Assembly (NCBI GenBank): GCA_023255955.1 | Contig: JAGDWD010000007.1 | Location: forward strand, 71,929 to 135,928 | Length of the DNA: 64,000 nt | Source of the DNA: Desulfurococcales archaeon | GTDB taxonomy: Archaea; Thermoproteota; Thermoprotei_A; Sulfolobales; NBVN01 | Direction: 5' to 3' | Part shown: one piece after another, positions 1 to 8,256 of the stretch | Layout: each line of letters opens with the position of its first letter | Numbering within the stretch: position 1 is the stretch's first letter | Program-made: the position numbers and the translations under genes | The notes under the pieces: generated by a model | What the model was told of the DNA's origin: nothing | Database searches by the model: none | The model's input: only the letters and a program-made list of their open reading frames with translations

Positions 1-79
1 TATCCTTAACTCCTCTCTTAACTAGCTCGTAAGCTATGAAGAGACCGCTTATACCCGCCCCGACGATTAACACCTTCAT
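1..79 (-). CDS. FAD-dependent oxidoreductase, 5' end only (the gene runs off the window start). It is probably the dehydrogenase (beta-type) subunit of the adjacent proline/sarcosine-dehydrogenase-like complex.
   Basis: The reverse complement of 1-79 reads MKVLIVGAGISGLFIAYELVKRGVKD, a GxGxxG dinucleotide-binding start. Its ATG (79-77) overlaps the TGA of ORF 76-369 in an ATGA junction. Confidence 0.6.
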   Translation of the reverse strand, partial: MKVLIVGAGISGLFIAYELVKRGVKD

Positions 80-369
80 TTCTTAACACCCCTTAACACT
101 AACTTAGTGGGTATGGGGACTATCGGTGGTCTAACTTTGTAGTTAGCTAACACCTCACCCAGACTCTTCCCAGTAGCTCTAGCAAATATTCGGGCAGCTA
201 TCATTATGCAGCTCCTTCCCTGACATGGCCCGAAACCTAATCTCAGGTACCTCCTGAGGAGCTCGAAGTCGTCGATACCCATCTCTATGGCCTTCATTAG
301 ATCATCCAGTGTCACATCATTGCACCTACAGATTATTATAGTACCCTTCTTAGCTACCTCTCCACCCAT
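76..369 (-). CDS. Small BFD-like [2Fe-2S]-binding subunit
   Basis: The 97-aa product has Cys pairs CRCN and GPCQGRSC, typical of BFD-like 2Fe-2S domains. It is translationally coupled to both neighbours. Confidence 0.6.
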   Translation of the reverse strand: MGGEVAKKGTIIICRCNDVTLDDLMKAIEMGIDDFELLRRYLRLGFGPCQGRSCIMIAARIFARATGKSLGEVLANYKVRPPIVPIPTKLVLRGVKK

Positions 370-848
370 ATGGCTCTCACCTCCATACCTAAACCCTTGG
401 GGGTCTTAACTGTTACTACATAGGTCTTATTCCTCTCCCAAACCCTTGTTACTACCCCCTTCCCCACTCTCTCACCGTGTTTATTCAATAGAACAACCTC
501 CTCACCGACCTTAGGTGCTGGCAGGAACTCGTGTGGTACGGTAACGTAATCTGCGTCTTCCTTGGATAGGTCTACTACAAATGCTGCGAGACCTGGACAG
601 ACTGCTACGCATACACCACAACCGGTGCATTTATCCCAGTTTACTTTCGGGAGATCTATTAATCTCTCCATCGTTATGGCCTTGGTCGGACAATATGGGA
701 CGCATATATTACACGGTATCATCTCAGGACACTCAAGCACTACTACAGGACCTTTTCTAAGCCTCCACTCCGGTGGTAGGAGTCCTAGCGCGCTGAGATC
801 CTCTAACCCTACTACACCAGTTTTCCTAAATCCCTGAACAGCAGCCAT
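354..848 (-). CDS. 4Fe-4S dicluster ferredoxin-domain subunit
   Basis: Two CxxCxxCxxxCP-type motifs are present (CNICVPYCP, CTGCGVCVAVCP). It overlaps ORF 76-369 by 16 nt. Confidence 0.65.
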   Translation of the reverse strand: MAAVQGFRKTGVVGLEDLSALGLLPPEWRLRKGPVVVLECPEMIPCNICVPYCPTKAITMERLIDLPKVNWDKCTGCGVCVAVCPGLAAFVVDLSKEDADYVTVPHEFLPAPKVGEEVVLLNKHGERVGKGVVTRVWERNKTYVVTVKTPKGLGMEVRAIWVER

Positions 849-854
849 GTCGCA

Positions 855-2291
855 TCACCCAAACGAAATGGGAGGTGGGAACTCTACCCTAAGCTTATCC
901 ATCTCCTCCCTAGAGACAGTCACAGACTCCTTACCTTTCCTAGCTCTAGCTAGTAGTGGTGATGCTCTGTAAACATCCCAGAGGAATCTTATCAGCTTAT
1001 CCATCTCCTCACGGGCTTTCGACGCCTTCGAGGACTCAACAAGTTTAGTAGCTATTGAGAGGGCAGCTATTTTCCCCTCAATGATAGCTGTAGTCGCTTC
1101 CTCTATACCGGCGGAGTCCCCAGCTATATAGAGATTGGGTACCGAGGTTTCGAGGTCCAGAGTTCTCAGTGGTACAAGTCCACCGAGCTCCGGAGACCAC
1201 CTAGCTACAGCCCCACACTGCATAGCGAACCTGGTGTCCGGCTCTAAGCCTACAGCTAGGAGTACTAGGTCCACATCAAATTCCTTCTCAGTCCCCGGTA
1301 CCGGGTTGAATTTCTCGTCTACTTCTACGACAACAGCTTTCTCTACCCTACCGTTACCACTAACCTCCTTAACTGTGTGTCTAAGTAATATCGGTATCCC
1401 ATACCTCCTGATCTTAGCCGCATGCACGAACCAGCCTCCTATCTCTGGGAGCACCTCAACAACAGCTTCGACCTTAACCCCTGCCTGCAGTAGCTGGTAA
1501 GACACTATCAACCCAACGTTACCTGAGCCCACGACTAGAGCTCTCTCGCCCGGCTTAACCCCGTACTCGTTCATGACTGTCTGAGCCCCGCCAGCTCCTA
1601 TAACTCCAGGTAGGTCATTGTTGACGAAGTCGAGGTACCTCTCCTGAGCACCTGTAGAGGCCAACAACGCCTTGGGTTTAACAAAGTAGTGAGCCTCCTT
1701 ACTAGCTACACCCACAATACCCCCTCTAAAAGCTCCGTAAGCTACAGACTCTAGTAGAACCTTAATCCTGGGGTTACTTGAGATTCTCTTCACGTAGTCC
1801 TCAGCTATCTGAAAACCTCTCATACCACCGAAGAGGTCAACACTCCCAAAGAACTTGTGGGTCTGTTTAAGTAGTTGGCCACCTAGTTTGAAGTGCTCGT
1901 CAACTAAGACGACGTCGAGTCCGAACTCAGCAAGTGTGAGGGCTGCTGATAGACCTGCCGGACCTCCTCCAACGATTAGAACATCAGTATCAATTCTGAC
2001 CTCAGGTAGCTCTGAAAGCTCTACCGACTCGCTAGCTACAGGGGAAGCCCACCCCCTCTGTCTCTCAACCCTCATACCCTCCCTAACCGGCTCCCTACAT
2101 GTCTTAGTGTTGGGAACTCCATCGACTATCATGAAGCAGCTACTGCACTTACCGATCATGCAGAAGAGTCCTCTGGGTCTTACTAGAGACGAGCTCCAGG
2201 AGAGGGAGTCAAATCCAGCAGCGTAGAGGGCTACAGCAACACTCTCACCTTCGTATGCTTCGACTGGTTGTCCTTCGTAGTAGAAGGTCAC
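855..2291 (-). CDS. NAD/FAD pyridine-nucleotide-disulfide oxidoreductase with an N-terminal 2Fe-2S domain (alpha-type subunit, sarcosine oxidase alpha / archaeal PDH1 alpha-like)
   Basis: The N-terminus (GESVAVALYAAG...CMIGKCSSCFMIVDGVPNTKTC) is followed by two Rossmann motifs (VLIVGGGPAGLSAA, ALVVGSGNVGL). Confidence 0.7.
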   Translation of the reverse strand: MTFYYEGQPVEAYEGESVAVALYAAGFDSLSWSSSLVRPRGLFCMIGKCSSCFMIVDGVPNTKTCREPVREGMRVERQRGWASPVASESVELSELPEVRIDTDVLIVGGGPAGLSAALTLAEFGLDVVLVDEHFKLGGQLLKQTHKFFGSVDLFGGMRGFQIAEDYVKRISSNPRIKVLLESVAYGAFRGGIVGVASKEAHYFVKPKALLASTGAQERYLDFVNNDLPGVIGAGGAQTVMNEYGVKPGERALVVGSGNVGLIVSYQLLQAGVKVEAVVEVLPEIGGWFVHAAKIRRYGIPILLRHTVKEVSGNGRVEKAVVVEVDEKFNPVPGTEKEFDVDLVLLAVGLEPDTRFAMQCGAVARWSPELGGLVPLRTLDLETSVPNLYIAGDSAGIEEATTAIIEGKIAALSIATKLVESSKASKAREEMDKLIRFLWDVYRASPLLARARKGKESVTVSREEMDKLRVEFPPPISFG

Positions 2292-2490
2292 TTTTCTACC
2301 TCGATGGAAAGTTAGAATGGGATGTTCCAGTATACGTCTATCAACCGGCGATTCTAATCACCAAACTTATAATGCAGTAGCCCTAACTAAAAGTTTTAGG
2401 TGTAGTTTAGATTTAATTAAATACAGTTACACTTAAAAAAGTAAAACATATATATATCTCGGTATATATAATTAAGTGAGGTATCTATCT

Positions 2491-4285
2491 ATGACATCCA
2501 AAAACCCCTACTTCCTTAGTTGCTAAAACTGCTGAGAAGGTCTGGAGTAGCTTTGCATTATTGATGACTGCTGTTGGATGATCTGTAGGCTCCGGTAACT
2601 ATTGGAGGTTCTCCTGGAGAGCTGCTAACTACGGAGGAGGTAGCTTCCTATTGACCTACCTAATATGGCTAATAGCTAATAATAGTCGCCTTCCCACTAG
2701 CCGTGGCGGAGTACGCTATTGGGAAGCTAGGGCAGGGAGGTCCTCTACACGGCCCATACAACCTAGTTGATAGACATAAGAAGCTAGCGTCCTTCGGAGG
2801 TATGTGGATGGCTTGGGCTGACTTCATGATTATGTGCTATTACTGGGTAGTTGTCGGTTGGATATTCTACTACATGCTCCATGCTCTCGCTGCCACCTTC
2901 TTCGCCTCGGACTTCGATGCCATGTCCTTCTGGCAGTCCTTCGGCTTTACTCCACTATCTGCCGGTATCGGGATCTTAATGATGGTACTAAGCATCTTGG
3001 TCACAGCCTTCGGAGTGAAGGGTATAGGTACGGTATGCAGGTTCATGTTCCCGGTGCTGTTCATACTCACAATGATCCTAGCAATCTATGTACCTACCCT
3101 ACCCGGGGCTGAGAAGGGTTTGGAGTTCTATATGATTCCGAGAGTGGAGGCTCTGGCTGATCCTGCTACCTGGATGCAGTCCCTATCACAGGTAATATGG
3201 AGCGTGGGGATCGCTTGGGGCTTCTTCATATGCGCTGGACAGTGGATGAGACGTAATGACGATGTAACCCTAACCGCGTTCGGTAACGTTGTGAACGACA
3301 CAGCAGTAGCTTGGATGGCTGGTACTGCGATAATACCTCTAATATTCGCACTCTCAGCTACCCCATACGAGGACATAAAGAAGGCTGGTACCGGTCTAGC
3401 TTTCGTAGTACTACCGTTTGTCCCTAGATGCTCGTTGATGTGTGTCTATGTTCGTTCATCACATCTAGGGACTTCCACCTCGCTCGCATGGATCTACCTA
3501 TCCCTGCGGGTCGTGGGTGGCTGTCGAGCTCAACGGCACGCGGGACACATCTACACCTAACCCCGCAGAGCTCGGAGCACTGCTCCCATTACTCAGCGGG
3601 GTATCCAAGCTATCTACAGGAATGGAGTTAATGAGCTTAACACATAACCCCAGAGCACAGCAACCCTAAAAACCATAAACACAGAGACCACTAATCAAAA
3701 ACAGAACAGCCCCAGCTATTTAGGAAGATGGGTGCTGCCGGATATGTAGCTGCGGTGTTCTTCTTCGTAGCCTTCTGGTTTGCTGCCTTCACCTCCCTGA
3801 TAACTATACATGAGGTAGCTATGAGACCTCTCAAGGACTTCGGTTTAAAGACCTCACACGCAGCCCTCATTACCGGTATTCTTGGTATAATTGGTGGTAT
3901 TCCAACTGCATTCAGTGACGCTTGGTTAGACTACTACGACACTGTGTGGGGTGTTGCGGGGCTTGCTGTGGGGCTGATCTTCATAGCTCTGATAACTTCG
4001 TACTTCACTGACGTGACTAAGGTTAGGCGCGGGCTGATGGACATGGACATAAAGCCGTTCATAAGGCTTGGGAGATGGTGGGACTACATAGTTAAATTGA
4101 ATATTGTGATACCAGCACTGTTCTTCGGTTGGTGGATAGTTTACTGGGAATGGATAAGAGGCTGGGGTGCAGGAGCTCACACATACTACACGTTCCCAGG
4201 TATGCTAATACTTATAATAGGTGGCGCGATAATCTACTATATAACCAGCAAGTCCATAGAGAAGCAAACGACTGGAGGTAGGTGA
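2491..4285 (+). pseudogene. Sodium-dependent transporter of the NSS/SNF (LeuT) family, disrupted by several lesions
   Basis: The pieces together spell a full-length NSS protein. AEKVWSSFALLMTAVG*SVGSGNYWRF is TM1 with the GxGN motif and an in-frame TGA at 2578-2580. ATG 2491 is out of frame by one nt across an A5/C4 run. A second 1-nt frame change lies near 2675-2690. ORF 2703-3560 covers the middle of the protein. A 296-bp insertion follows, then ORF 3728-4285 (FFFVAFWFAAFTSLITIHE and onward). Confidence 0.8.
3423..3718. other. 296-bp insertion inside the NSS pseudogene; nature unknown (mobile or intron-like)
   Basis: Upstream coding ends ...GLAFVVLPFV and downstream coding resumes FRKMGAAGYVAAVFFF. 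Removing exactly 296 nt joins the two frames and reproduces the LeuT spacing ([20 protein letters not shown]). The 5' half is GC-rich with hairpins and the 3' ~100 nt is C/A-rich. Confidence 0.55.
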
Positions 4286-4404
4286 TGGACATGGCGTGGA
4301 TACTGTTCTTCGTGATAATGTGGCTCCTCGTAGCAGCATCGTTCTATACTTGGTATAGAGCAGTAGAGAATGAGAAGAAAATGAGGCAGATGGAGAAGAG
4401 GTGA
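4285..4404 (+). CDS. Small hydrophobic protein (39 aa), possible accessory peptide of the transporter locus
   Basis: The ATG overlaps the TGA of the transporter ORF. The product is MDMAWILFFVIMWLLVAASFYTWYRAVENEKKMRQMEKR, with one predicted TM helix. It is too short for the ORF track. Confidence 0.3.
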   Translation: MDMAWILFFVIMWLLVAASFYTWYRAVENEKKMRQMEKR

Positions 4405-4408
4405 GACC

Positions 4409-4525
4409 ATGCCGTCATTTCCGTTCGATCCATGGTTGGTAATAGCCATAACTCTTGGAATTACAATACTGTGGATCTACACAGTCTACTACGCCAGCTC
4501 AAAGTCTGCTAAGTCCAGTAAGTAG
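4409..4525 (+). CDS. Small hydrophobic protein (38 aa)
   Basis: The product is MPSFPFDPWLVIAITLGITILWIYTVYYASSKSAKSSK, with one TM helix. It starts 4 nt after the previous small ORF. Confidence 0.3.
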   Translation: MPSFPFDPWLVIAITLGITILWIYTVYYASSKSAKSSK

Positions 4526-4575
4526 AATCGGAAATATTTTTAGTTTTTTAAGTTTAGTCACACCTACCTCTTCCC

Positions 4576-6501
4576 TCATAGTTTCTTCCTCGCAATTTTG
4601 TAGGTAGTGTAAGTTACTAACGGAATCGTTACAGCTAGTCCAAGTAGCTCTGGTAGCCCCCTCATGAATACGGTAATCAGGGAACTCACAGCTAGTAGGA
4701 GCCTCGTTGAGAGGTCTACATACTTATTGCTGTGGAAGACTCCGTAGGCAGCTGCTTCCAGCCCCATTATCGCGATAGTTATTTCGAGGCCCGTTAGGAT
4801 CTGGAAGAGGCTGGGCTCCAGTACTAGCTCAGGCTTTAGAGGTGTTACTAATGCCAGTATAGGCATTCCTATACCTAGCTTGACTAGCTCCTTAAGAACC
4901 GATGTGAAGGATACTCTAGCTACTCTCGATATAGTGGCTGCCGATACGGACATAGGCGGGGCAAACTCTGAATGTACTCCTAGGAAGAATGCTGTATATT
5001 GTGCTGCCCAGGCTTTAACACCTAGCCTCATAAGAGCTGGCACTACTATTGGGTAGACTATCACGTAAGTCCCTAGAGGCGGTACCCCCATCCCCACTAT
5101 GTAACCAAAGAAGTAGGAGAGTAATGTAACTACGTAGAGATTCCCAGCACCGAAGCTAACTATAGCGGTACCGAGCTTCATGGAGAGCCCGGTAACTGTG
5201 AAGAGAGCTTTCAGTATCCCGAGTAGGGCTAGAAGGAGAGCGAGATTAGCTGTTTCAGCGACGAAGAATTCTAAGCTCTTAATAAGCTTCGTTCCCAGAT
5301 CCATAATTATACCCGGAGCTCCACCCCTCCTACTTACGTAGAGGCTTGCAGCTATCGCACCAGCTAACACCACAGCCGCAGCTCTGATAGCTGCTAGCGG
5401 TGCGTAGATCCAGGTAGCCATTAAAATCACCAGTATCGCTATACCGGCAACAAATAGACCGAGGTTGGTGTAGTCATACCAGCTCAGAGATCTTGTCGTC
5501 TGAGGAGTTACCTCCCTGACCTTAACAGTCCTAACGGAGATGAGGTATATGGCAAAGGCCAGCCCAGCGATGTAAGCTAGTGCTGGGACGAATCCCCTTA
5601 TCATGACGTCGAAGTATGATACCCCCAGAGCGTCCGCCATGACGAACGCGGCAGCACCCATAACGGGGGGCATTAGCTGAGCACCAATACCAGTCGCTGC
5701 GGCCATAGCTGCCGCAACCGTTAACGGCACACCTAGGCTCTGGACTATGGGCACTGTTAGACTACCTACAGTAGCTGTGGCAGCTCCTGCACTACCCGTG
5801 ACCATACCTACGGGTATTCCTACTAGGACGTTCGTTTGGGGGATCAATATGGGGGATCGAAGCTTTGAGAGTACTATTCTGTTAGTAGAGTCCACGAGGC
5901 CGAAGCCGCTCAAAATCCCGACAAAGAGCATGAAAGCGCTTATTACTGTTACAGCTAGCTGTGAGAGGCTTTCAAAGACCCCGGTAGAGAAGTCGACACT
6001 GAGCGAAGCTATGAGTCTCGTATAGGTTATACCTGGATGTCCTAGAATCCCTGGGAAATAGCGCCCGTAGAGGGCGTTGACTAGGAAAAAGAGAACGATG
6101 GCAAATATTATCGGATACTTGACGGCCCCGAACCAGAGGACTACAAGGGCTATCAAGGCCCCGGCTAGTAGGTCTGTAGAGTTATAGAAGCCCATTCTAA
6201 CGGAGACAAGGTCCCAGAAGTTACTGTATATGTAGTACCCTGAAGCAAGTGATACTAGTACGAAGACCGTGCCAGCAGCTAGGTTAGCATACCTGTTCCT
6301 GAGCCTCGGGATCAACGGATCACTCTTGTAAATAGAGTCCACTACCCAGACAGTTATCGAGAGAGGGATCATTATGATTACGAATCTCGTAGCTCCTTCC
6401 CAACCTGTTGCGAAATAGTAAAGTATTAGGATGGCGTAGACAGTCATTAGGATCGCTCTTAGAAAGTATAAAAACTTAGATCCAGTAGCTCGAGGTCTCA
6501 C
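4576..6501 (-). CDS. TRAP transporter fused permease (4TM/12TM fusion, TAXI-type system)
   Basis: It is a 641-aa polytopic membrane protein lying directly downstream of a TAXI-type binding protein gene. Confidence 0.8.
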   Translation of the reverse strand: MRPRATGSKFLYFLRAILMTVYAILILYYFATGWEGATRFVIIMIPLSITVWVVDSIYKSDPLIPRLRNRYANLAAGTVFVLVSLASGYYIYSNFWDLVSVRMGFYNSTDLLAGALIALVVLWFGAVKYPIIFAIVLFFLVNALYGRYFPGILGHPGITYTRLIASLSVDFSTGVFESLSQLAVTVISAFMLFVGILSGFGLVDSTNRIVLSKLRSPILIPQTNVLVGIPVGMVTGSAGAATATVGSLTVPIVQSLGVPLTVAAAMAAATGIGAQLMPPVMGAAAFVMADALGVSYFDVMIRGFVPALAYIAGLAFAIYLISVRTVKVREVTPQTTRSLSWYDYTNLGLFVAGIAILVILMATWIYAPLAAIRAAAVVLAGAIAASLYVSRRGGAPGIIMDLGTKLIKSLEFFVAETANLALLLALLGILKALFTVTGLSMKLGTAIVSFGAGNLYVVTLLSYFFGYIVGMGVPPLGTYVIVYPIVVPALMRLGVKAWAAQYTAFFLGVHSEFAPPMSVSAATISRVARVSFTSVLKELVKLGIGMPILALVTPLKPELVLEPSLFQILTGLEITIAIMGLEAAAYGVFHSNKYVDLSTRLLLAVSSLITVFMRGLPELLGLAVTIPLVTYTTYKIARKKL

Positions 6502-6550
6502 TGTAGACCACCTAAGTTTAGGGAGAAGTCACAGAAAAAAAGCTTGAGGT

Positions 6551-7696
6551 TTAGGTAGCTATCTTCCACTCACCCTTCCATACTCCCTTCTCTTTTAGGA
6601 ATTTAGCTAGACCGGGATGTATGGGGACCATCGAGTTGGCTTCTATACCCCTTACCTGCATTCCAACGAAGTCACTAGCTAGGAGCCTGAACATGGGGTT
6701 CAACTCTGCGAGCTCCCTTGAGTGCTCCTCTAATACTTTCAACATCTTGTAGACTATCTCCTCAGGGACTTCAGTTCCTACGTGGAACCCGTAGTAGAAT
6801 CTTACAGCAGACATCTTATCCCCGGAGCTCAACTTCACGTCAGTTGAGAACACCTCCTTAGGGCTGACGTAGTTCTCAACTACATCGAAGACCCCTAGTT
6901 GTGGGGCTTTAGCCTTCAGGATCTCCAGTTCCTCAGGACACGGGTTCAGTATGGCTAGCTGTGTACTTAGCTCAGCCTGCCTGGCCCAGTCAGGCAGCCC
7001 GTAAACAGCTGTAGTGTACATTATGGTAGCTACTATGGTACCCCTCTCGAGAGCGTCGGCCACCATACTCCAGTCCAGCTCCACGTGTTCATAGGTTATG
7101 TTGAGAGCGCTTAGAGCCGCCCTAAGGGCTACCCCCACGTCCCACCCAGCCGGTCCTGAGAATATTTTCTGACCTTTAAGGTCGGACCAGCATCTAAACT
7201 TACCGAGATTTCTTTGATGTATGGCGATCGTGATCTCCAGGGGGTAAGCCCAGAACGTCTGCACGGGCATTCTCTTCGGGGTAAACCCAGCGAATCTACC
7301 GGTACCACTATAGAGTTCGGTAAATGATGGTGTGGACGCGTAGCACCCGCCTAGCTCCCCGTTGGAGTAAGACTTTATGCTGGCTACGGCCCCAGCGGTA
7401 GGTATGACAGTAACCTCAAGTTCCGGCATATACCTATTAATTATGTCAGCTATTAGACCTAGAGCTGTGTATCCAGCACTCCCCACCGAAGCAGTTCCCC
7501 ACTGTATAGTGATCTTGGTTGGAGTAGTAACTGGGGTAGTTTTTGGTGTAGTTGCTGAGGTTGCTGGCGTGGCTGTTGGAGATGTTTGTACTGAGGTGGT
7601 AGTTGGGGTAGGTGGTAATAACACATAGTAACCTGCTACACCGACTATAATGGCTACAACTACGATAATAGCTACTACTAGGCTTTTCTGAACCAT
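6551..7696 (-). CDS. TAXI-family TRAP transporter solute-binding protein, membrane anchored with a Thr/Pro-rich linker
   Basis: An N-terminal TM helix is followed by the TPTTTSVQTSPTATPATSATTPKTTPVTTPTK linker and then a TAXI-like periplasmic-binding fold (GTASVGSAGYTALG...). Confidence 0.8.
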   Translation of the reverse strand: MVQKSLVVAIIVVVAIIVGVAGYYVLLPPTPTTTSVQTSPTATPATSATTPKTTPVTTPTKITIQWGTASVGSAGYTALGLIADIINRYMPELEVTVIPTAGAVASIKSYSNGELGGCYASTPSFTELYSGTGRFAGFTPKRMPVQTFWAYPLEITIAIHQRNLGKFRCWSDLKGQKIFSGPAGWDVGVALRAALSALNITYEHVELDWSMVADALERGTIVATIMYTTAVYGLPDWARQAELSTQLAILNPCPEELEILKAKAPQLGVFDVVENYVSPKEVFSTDVKLSSGDKMSAVRFYYGFHVGTEVPEEIVYKMLKVLEEHSRELAELNPMFRLLASDFVGMQVRGIEANSMVPIHPGLAKFLKEKGVWKGEWKIAT

Positions 7697-7780
7697 TAGG
7701 TCGCACCGGATATTACAGTTTAAGCCGGGCTATTTATCTTTTTATTCTCTACTTTAACTCTCACGGTCTATTTCATCGCT

Positions 7781-7819
7781 ACAATTGAAAGCCTCGTCCT
7801 TCAGGGCTGGGATGAAAAG
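7781..7819 (+). repeat. Dispersed hairpin element, copy a
   Basis: Sequence: ACAATTGAAAGCCTCGTCCTTCAGGGCTGGGATGAAAAG. The stem is 7792-7799/7804-7811 with loop TTCA. Confidence 0.6.
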
Positions 7820-8107
7820 TTTATGGGCCGAAGACCCGGCCCGGGACTAAACCCAGAAACGGGAATACAGCTCCAAACCTCCCCGCACTAAAGGGCGAGG
7901 GTTCCTATTAGTGCGGGGAGAAGCTCAGCTCTGTTTCGAGAAGCTCAGGTAATTTGCTTTATGGTACGGACCTCTCTTTTAATGTAGCTACGTACTTCCA
8001 CACTCTAGTAGAGTACTTCAAATACTTGAGTCTACTATGAGTTCTCAGAGTCTCCAAGGGGAAGCTATACTCGATTCGCATGTGTTCGCTAGGGAAATCC
8101 ATTGATG

Positions 8108-8185
8108 TGGTGCCGCGGCCGGGATTTGAACCCGGGTCACGGGCTCGAAAGGCCCGCATACTTGGCCGAGCTATACTACCGCGGC
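8108..8185 (-). tRNA. tRNA-Glu (anticodon UUC), CCA encoded, no intron
   Basis: The reverse complement is GCCGCGGTAGTATAGCTCGGCCAAGTATGCGGGCCTTTCGAGCCCGTGACCCGGGTTCAAATCCCGGCCGCGGCACCA. The cloverleaf is complete, with anticodon loop CTTTCGA. Confidence 0.9.
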
Positions 8186-8256
8186 ACCATTTACTTATAG
8201 ATTAGTTGAGGCTTATAAGGATAAGTAGCTGTTATTTGGGGCTTAACCACCTTTAG

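Noticed and set aside
3423-3718. RNase P RNA, because of AACAGAACAGCCCCAGCTAT, which resembles the CR-V sequence ACAGAANNCGGCUUA.
   Set aside because: There is no GAGGAAAGUCC-type CR-I and no CR-II/III/IV motif on either strand. The segment lies inside a disrupted gene.
3410-3735. Bulge-helix-bulge (archaeal splicing endonuclease) intron in the NSS mRNA.
   Set aside because: Exact excision restores the frame, which is suggestive. However, I could only draw all-wobble pairings between the two junctions. The gene also has three independent disabling lesions upstream, so a functional spliced mRNA is unlikely. It is kept only as a test suggested under the finding.
7787-7816. A kink-turn (L7Ae-binding) reading of the element flanks, GAAAG ... 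GATGAA.
   Set aside because: Tandem G-A/A-G pairs can be drawn (7787-7788 with 7814-7815). However, no canonical C-stem or 3-nt bulge arrangement is consistent across copies, and several copies have GAGGAGGT instead of GATGA.
7959-8159. Track ORF of 66 aa on the minus strand.
   Set aside because: Its 5' part is the tRNA-Glu gene read as protein, so it is spurious.
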